Below, piece by piece: positions 59,501 through 64,000 of a DNA stretch of 64,000 nucleotides. Under the pieces are notes generated by a model, which did not search any database, was not told where the DNA came from, and saw only the letters and a program-made list of their open reading frames with translations. A program made the translations under genes and the position numbers. Each line of letters begins with the position of its first letter. Positions within the stretch are counted from its first letter, which is position 1. The stretch is from a bacterium (GTDB lineage Bacteria > Chloroflexota > Dormibacteria > Aeolococcales > Bog-877), in assembly GCA_021785655.1 (NCBI GenBank), contig JAJYET010000001.1, positions 96,256 to 160,255 of the forward strand, read 5' to 3'.

Positions 59501-59791
59501 AAGGGCTTTATTGCCGGTCTGGAGGGGAGCTGGCGCGACCGGGCGATCGTGGACGGGCTGGTGCAGCTGGCTCACGCAGTGGGCTTGGAGGCGGCTGCCG
59601 AGGGCGTGGAGACCCAGGCCCAGCTCGACCGCCTGCGCCAGATGGGGTGTGACGTGGCCCAGGGCTTCCTGCTCTCACCACCCGTCTCAGCGGCCGAGTT
59701 CGAGCAGCGCTGGCGCCAAGGCTCGGGGTGCGGCGCCCGCGAGCCGGCGGGCGGAGCTGGGGGCAGGGCCATCGAGGGTGCGGCCCGCTGA
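56588..59791 (+). CDS. PAS-GAF-PAS-GAF-GGDEF-EAL c-di-GMP enzyme (start estimated)
   Basis: ANPAFC..THPED, HDPLTGLPNR, RLGGDEF, YQPI..AEALVRW, DDFGTGYSS. Confidence 0.94.
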   Translation: MKQHSRRNATGGRLGPPSSHLFDQSVRPMAVVSREQMVVEANPAFCRLLERGAGEVVGSSLLQLTHPEDHGAGAAALHQALTQPGSAAVTLRHLAPSGEEVWVRVRLTALPGAGRPAAVLAEVEDIRQELRLRERLREMDRLRAALAASNEAMLRATSVDELLRSACRIAVEQGGMHMAWVGTGGQDGWFSLRASFGGDQGYLAGLRVSSREDVPEGHGPVGVAARSLRPSVSQDVSRDPDFAPWRKRARDAGFQGVGALPLVEGGELMGVMAVYAPETGFFSSDRVSLLQRLADNVAFAWGALDQRLQAAETAVALRDRLTRLDHVIQNTGVATCVLDPELTLLQANPAFCQLLGMRESTLLGRSLLALSHPQDRPLLDRARRHLVRSPGRGIRRLEHRLVSRTGAVIHLLASATPMPSLDGGAPQVAWQAQNITAQRDGERAAVRRSAQQAAVADLGREALSGRDLDQLLQRGCELVAEHLAVTLVSVMRWQPGRACFRLVAGLGWAPDRMGVATVPSGRRSQAGYAFRAGDPVLSKDLAAERRFQSEVLVSKYRVRTTVAVVVPSGAGEEPYGVLAAHSQEVKEISQDDVNFLQGVAHLLGAAVQRQHSEDQLQRLALHDPLTGLPNRGLLVERVRMSLARLRRDRGLTAVLFLDLDRFKVINDSLGHRVGDEVLREVADRLGRILRPSDTVSRLGGDEFVVVAEDVESEAVALGVAGRILSELGAPMRAGPSDLVVTASLGLTTTSDPDAQPEELLQEADIAMYQAKAGGGGAVVAFIPEMGASFGDRVQVEFDLRRALIRGEFAVHYQPIFCLESGQIRSAEALVRWQHPERGPVAPADFIPLAEETGAIVEIGEFVLWEACRAAAEWARRHGQGPGISVNISPRQLLDTAVVDRVRSALEAAGLEPARLTLEITETAVLADSVAASSALRELARMGVHLAVDDFGTGYSSVSHLQRFQLRQLKIDKGFIAGLEGSWRDRAIVDGLVQLAHAVGLEAAAEGVETQAQLDRLRQMGCDVAQGFLLSPPVSAAEFEQRWRQGSGCGAREPAGGAGGRAIEGAAR

Positions 59792-59800
59792 GGGGCGCCC

Positions 59801-61450
59801 CTACATGAGCCCCAGGTCGTCCAGGCTGCGCAGCAGGTTGCTCACCACCTTGCCGTCCGCCCGGGCGTCGACGACGCAGGGAACCCCGTCCCGGGCCATC
59901 TCGAGGGCTTGGGGGAGCACTCTGAGGAATGACTCCTGGTCCTCAACCCGCTCCCCCCAGCCACCCAGGGAGCGGGCCAGGGCCGCGTGGTCGACCTCGC
60001 GCCCGACCTGGGAGGGGGCCGTGCCCGGACCTCGCCAGACCCCGTTGTTGACCACCACCACCACCAGTCCCACCCCGTGGTTCACCGCCGTCTGGAGCTC
60101 CATGGCGGAGAAGCCGAACGCCCCGTCACCGGTGAAGAGCAGAAGTGGCCGCCGGGGCCGGGCCAGGCCCGCGCCGATGGCGAACGGCAGCCCGACCCCC
60201 AGGGTGCCGAGGGCTGACCCGATCAGCATGTTGGAGCCGGGGAAGTGGGCCCTGGAGAAGGCGATCCCCCAGGGGACGCTGTCTCCGCCATCGGAGATCC
60301 AGGTGCCGGCCTCGGGGAGCTGATCGAAGAGCCGGGAGGCCTCCCTCGCCAACCAGCCTGGGTGGAGAGGCTGGGCCGGGGTGGAAGCCTCCTCAGACCA
60401 CATCTCCCAGCTCGCCTGGGCCGCGGACCTGGCCTGCGCCACCCAGTCGGACCACCGGCCGGGGCTGGCACTCCACCTCTCGGTGAGCAGGTCCAGGGTG
60501 GCGGCCACGTCCCCACTCAACCCCAGCTGGGGGGACCGGGGCCCTCCCAGGTGCTCGGGTCGCAGGTCGAGTTGGACCACGGACTGCTCCTCGCCGAAGA
60601 GCGGGGTCCTCCCGTACATGAGGTTGGCGTTGAAGCGGGAGCCCAGGACCAAGGCCAGCGATGCGCCGACCAGCGCCGCCCCCCCGTGCACCAGGGTGCC
60701 CAGGCAGAGGGGGTGGCCGTCGTCCACCAGTCCGCGGGCCCCGGACGTGGTGGTCAGGGGGATGCCGGTCTTCTCCAGGAAACGCCTCAAGGCATCCCCC
60801 GCCCCGGAGAAGAACGCTCCCGAACCGGCGAGGATCAGAGGTCGCTCGGCCCCCATCAGCAATTGCATGGCCCGCTCCAGGTCAGCGGGGGCCGGCACCG
60901 ACCGGGGTGCCTCCGGCAGCGGCACGGTCGATCCCTCGCCCAGCTGGTGAAGGACGTCCTCGGGAATCTCCAGGTAGGCGACTCCCGGGTCCCCCCAGGA
61001 GGCGCGCCGGACCGCCTCCACGAGGTACTCCGGTATCCGCCCCGGCTCCAGGCACTCGGCGGCCCACTTGGTGACCGGCCGGACCATGGTCAACTGGTCG
61101 AGGTCCTGAACTGCCCCGATCCCCCGCCGCGCGACGGCTGTGCGGCCCGCCAGCACCACCACCGGGGCACCGGCCAGGTTGGCCTCGGCGATCCCGGCCA
61201 TGGCGTTGGCCAGCCCCGGGCCGGCGGTCACGGCCGCGAACCCCGGCCGTCCAGTGGCCAGCGCCATCCCCTCGGCCATCATCACCGCGTTCTCCTCATG
61301 GCGGACGTTGACCACCCGGATCCCGAGACGACGGGCGTGGTCCAGGACCTTGGCGATGTGGCTGCCAGGAAGGGTGAAGAGGGTGTCCCCCCCGGTCTTG
61401 GCGATGGCCTCGGCCGCCAGCTCCGCTCCGGTGCGCCTTGAGTCGTCCAC
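59801..61450 (-). CDS. ThDP-dependent enzyme (acetolactate synthase-like / 2-hydroxyacyl-CoA lyase family)
   Basis: VRHEENA, TAGPG, GTLGVGLPFA, GDGAFGFSAME...NNG. Confidence 0.9.
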   Translation of the reverse strand: MDDSRRTGAELAAEAIAKTGGDTLFTLPGSHIAKVLDHARRLGIRVVNVRHEENAVMMAEGMALATGRPGFAAVTAGPGLANAMAGIAEANLAGAPVVVLAGRTAVARRGIGAVQDLDQLTMVRPVTKWAAECLEPGRIPEYLVEAVRRASWGDPGVAYLEIPEDVLHQLGEGSTVPLPEAPRSVPAPADLERAMQLLMGAERPLILAGSGAFFSGAGDALRRFLEKTGIPLTTTSGARGLVDDGHPLCLGTLVHGGAALVGASLALVLGSRFNANLMYGRTPLFGEEQSVVQLDLRPEHLGGPRSPQLGLSGDVAATLDLLTERWSASPGRWSDWVAQARSAAQASWEMWSEEASTPAQPLHPGWLAREASRLFDQLPEAGTWISDGGDSVPWGIAFSRAHFPGSNMLIGSALGTLGVGLPFAIGAGLARPRRPLLLFTGDGAFGFSAMELQTAVNHGVGLVVVVVNNGVWRGPGTAPSQVGREVDHAALARSLGGWGERVEDQESFLRVLPQALEMARDGVPCVVDARADGKVVSNLLRSLDDLGLM

Positions 61451-61569
61451 AAGCTCTCCTCCGTGGCACGGTTCTGCCTCAACCAGGATGACGGATCGCC
61501 GCCCTCCGGTGGACCCGCAAAAACCCCCGGCTCCGCCCAGCCCGCGCTGGCCGGTCCCTCTCCCCCAAG

Positions 61570-63015
61570 ATGTTGCTCATGGGCGAGCTCTTCCCGGACG
61601 AGGGGCCAGGCGAGGCGACGGCGGCGCAGACTCCCCGCGACGATGCACCCCTGGCCTTCAGGATGAGGCCGCGGAACTTCGAGGAGGTGCTGGGTCTGGA
61701 TGCTCTCCTGGGAGAGGAAGGACCGGTAGGCCGGGCGGCGCGCCTCGGCCGTCTTCCCTCAGTCGTCCTGGTGGGGCCGCCCGGTTCCGGCAAGACGACG
61801 CTCGCCAGCCTGCTGGCCGCCAGCCTTGACTGCCGCCTGGTGACGATGTCGGCGGTCAGCGCCGGCGTCGCCGATGTCCGCCGGGTGGTCGAGGACGCCC
61901 GGCGGCTCCAGGGCCGGGGCGGCGGTACCGTCCTGTTCCTGGACGAGATACACCACTTCAGCCGGACCCAGCAGGATGCCCTCCTCCCTCACGTGGAGAG
62001 TGGGCTCATCACCCTGATCGGGGCCACCACCGAGAACCCCAGTTTCCAGCTGACCTCGGCGCTGCTGTCGAGGGTCCTGATCTGGGACCTGGCCCCCCTG
62101 GAGGAAACGGAGCTGCTGGAGCTGGTGCGGCGGGCGATGACCGAGCCCCGGGGCCTCGGGGGGCGCGGGCTGACCATCGCGCCCGATGCCGCTCAGGCGC
62201 TGGCCCTCGGTTGTGGGGGGGACGCGCGCGCCCTGCTCAACTGCCTGGAGCAGGCGGCCGCCGGACTTCCTGCTGGGGCGGAGATCGACAGAGGGCTCGC
62301 CGAAAGGGCGCTGGCCCACCCCCACCTGGTCCACGATCGCGCCGGCGACCTCCACTTCCAGATCCTCTCCGCCCTGATCAAGTCAGTTCGGGGCAGCGAC
62401 CCGGACGGCGGGCTCTACTGGCTGGCGCGGCTCCTGGAGGGTGGCGAGGATCCCCGGGTGCCGGCCCGCAGGCTGGTGATCCTGGCCGCGGAGGATGTGG
62501 GGCTGGCCGATCCCTCCGCCCTCTCCGTCGCGGTCGCCGCCTACCAGGCGGCCCAGGTGGTGGGGATGCCGGAGTGCCGGCTGCCGCTGGCCGAGGCCAC
62601 CGTCTACCTGTCCCTGGCCCCCAAGAGCAACTCGGTGTACCGCGGGTACTCGGCAGCGGCTGCCGACGTGGCGGCCAGCCTCAATGAGCCGGTCCCGGTA
62701 CACCTCCGCAACGCCGTGACGCGCCGGGACCGGGAGCGGGGTTTCGGGCAGGGTTACGAGTACGCCCACGATGACCTAGAGGGGCTGGTGAGCCATTACC
62801 ACCTGCCCCCGGGGATGGAGGGCCGCACCTACTACCGGCCTTCCCCGCACGGAAGCGAAGCCTCCCTGGGGGAGCGACTGGCCAGGATCCGGGAGCGGAG
62901 ACGGGCCGCCCCTACTCCTCCGCCTGAGCCGTCTCCTCCTCGGCCGCCGCAGCCTCCACCCCGGTCGGAGCCTCCCCCGGCTCCTCCGCGGCCACCCGCG
63001 GCTGCTGGATCTTGA
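61570..63015 (+). CDS. rarA: replication-associated recombination protein A
   Basis: PLAFRMRP, GPPGSGKTT, FLDEIH, GATTENP, SALIKSVRGSDPD, EDVGLADP, PKSNS. Confidence 0.95.
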   Translation: MLLMGELFPDEGPGEATAAQTPRDDAPLAFRMRPRNFEEVLGLDALLGEEGPVGRAARLGRLPSVVLVGPPGSGKTTLASLLAASLDCRLVTMSAVSAGVADVRRVVEDARRLQGRGGGTVLFLDEIHHFSRTQQDALLPHVESGLITLIGATTENPSFQLTSALLSRVLIWDLAPLEETELLELVRRAMTEPRGLGGRGLTIAPDAAQALALGCGGDARALLNCLEQAAAGLPAGAEIDRGLAERALAHPHLVHDRAGDLHFQILSALIKSVRGSDPDGGLYWLARLLEGGEDPRVPARRLVILAAEDVGLADPSALSVAVAAYQAAQVVGMPECRLPLAEATVYLSLAPKSNSVYRGYSAAAADVAASLNEPVPVHLRNAVTRRDRERGFGQGYEYAHDDLEGLVSHYHLPPGMEGRTYYRPSPHGSEASLGERLARIRERRRAAPTPPPEPSPPRPPQPPPRSEPPPAPPRPPAAAGS

Positions 63016-63556
63016 CCAGGACCTCCTCGGAGTCCACCCCGGCGGCGAGCTCGACACCCTCGGGGAGACGGAGGTCGGAGACTCTGACGGCGTCGTCGAT
63101 CGCCGCCAATCCGGAGACGTCCACCGTGATCTCCCCGGGGATCGAGTCGGGCAGGCAGTTCACCGCCAGCTGGTGCAGCACCTGCAGGACCTCGCCCCCC
63201 ACCTGCTTCACCGCCGGCGCCTCCCCGGCCAGCACCACCGGAACCGTCACGTCCAGCTTCTCCTTGAGGTTCACCTGGAAGAAGTCGACGTGCACGGTGC
63301 GCCCGCTGCGTGGCTCGCGCTGCACCTCCCGGATCAGAACGGGACGCTGCCGGCGCTCCCCTGTGACCTTGAGCTGGATCAGGTGGCTGGCCCCGGCCGC
63401 GTGGGTGACCCGACCCAGCTCCCGCTCCCCGACCTCCACCGCCAGCGCCTCCACCTGGTGGCCGTAGACCACCCCGGGGACCAGCCCCTGCCGCCGCAGC
63501 CGGTGCGCGCCACGCCCCACGACGGTGCGCTGGGCGACATCAAGTGTGAGCGGCAT
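62912..63556 (-). CDS. rplY: 50S ribosomal protein L25/Ctc
   Basis: LRRQGLVPGVVYG, IREVQREP..HVDFFQV, VKQVGG, IPGEITVDVSGL; acidic tail. Confidence 0.94.
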   Translation of the reverse strand: MPLTLDVAQRTVVGRGAHRLRRQGLVPGVVYGHQVEALAVEVGERELGRVTHAAGASHLIQLKVTGERRQRPVLIREVQREPRSGRTVHVDFFQVNLKEKLDVTVPVVLAGEAPAVKQVGGEVLQVLHQLAVNCLPDSIPGEITVDVSGLAAIDDAVRVSDLRLPEGVELAAGVDSEEVLVKIQQPRVAAEEPGEAPTGVEAAAAEEETAQAEE

Positions 63557-63623
63557 GGAGTAGCTCCCAGGGGCCATTGCTGCGGGCCCAGGCGCCGCCG
63601 GGACTGACCCGGCACCGAGCCCG

Positions 63624-63632
63624 ATCTTAGCA
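63624..63632 (-). promoter_or_regulatory. extended -10 promoter for rplY
   Basis: minus strand TGcTAAGAT about 67 nt upstream of the ATG. Confidence 0.45.
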
Positions 63633-63640
63633 ACTCCGGC

Positions 63641-64000
63641 TCAGCCGGCCTCGACGCCCACCTTGCCGAAGCGACGCTCGACGTACTCGACGATGGACTG
63701 GATGCTGGTGCCGGGGGTGAAGACCTCGTCCACCCCCAGCTCCCGCAGGGCGGCCACATCCCCCGGCGGGACGATCCCCCCGCCGAAGACCACGATGTCC
63801 TCGGCGTGGCGCTCGCGGAGGAGGCGGAGCACCTCGGGGAAGAGAGTCATGTGAGCACCGGACAGGAGCGAGATCCCGATCCCGTCCACGTCCTCCTGGA
63901 TCGCCGCCTCGACCACCTGGGCCGGGGTCTGGTGCAGGCCGGTGTAGATCACCTCCACCCCGGCGTCCCGAAGGGCACGGGAGATCACCTTCACCCCACG
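63641..64000 (-). CDS. cobalamin-binding small subunit of acyl-CoA (methylmalonyl-CoA) mutase, 5' end outside window
   Basis: [48 protein letters not shown]. Confidence 0.93.
   Translation of the reverse strand, partial: RGVKVISRALRDAGVEVIYTGLHQTPAQVVEAAIQEDVDGIGISLLSGAHMTLFPEVLRLLRERHAEDIVVFGGGIVPPGDVAALRELGVDEVFTPGTSIQSIVEYVERRFGKVGVEAG

Noticed and set aside
61451-61569. TPP riboswitch before the ThDP enzyme, or T-box/SAM element before metG
   Set aside because: No recognisable consensus; the metG intergenic space is too short
1-64000. CRISPR array, rRNA or long tandem repeats
   Set aside because: No regularly spaced direct repeats or rRNA-like sequence seen by eye

Overview
Very GC-rich bacterial chromosome segment. 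Many genes look actinobacterial; a soil lineage such as Ca. Dormibacterota, Chloroflexota or Actinomycetota is my inference. It holds about 57 credible CDS, tRNA-Phe(GAA) and tRNA-Pro(CGG). Main blocks in order: a transglycosylase; tRNA-Phe followed by an Mre11/Rad50-like (Rv1277/Rv1278-type) pair and a frameshifted tyrosine integrase; a DEAD-box helicase; an acyl-CoA/beta-oxidation operon with a PucR-type regulator; a DosS/DosR-like sensor locus with a second, apparently dead kinase and a USP; ArdC; ATP-grasp/NfuA; metG-ccdA-J-domain gene; three c-di-GMP proteins; MFS/MarR; an uncharacterised PNPOx-like/CPBP/SRPBCC/LipL-like cluster; def; yceI/MarR/PCP_red; FTR1; kynU; a decayed island after tRNA-Pro (IS1380-like remnant, tRNA-Cys 3' fragment, ECF sigma pairs); carbonic anhydrase; a ThDP enzyme; rarA; rplY; a cobalamin-binding subunit. 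The most striking observation is an HPD-intact J-domain fused to what reads as a catalytically dead family A DNA polymerase domain (28343-29671). No CRISPR array or rRNA was seen. All family calls come from motif recognition by eye, not database searches, and several start codons are estimates.
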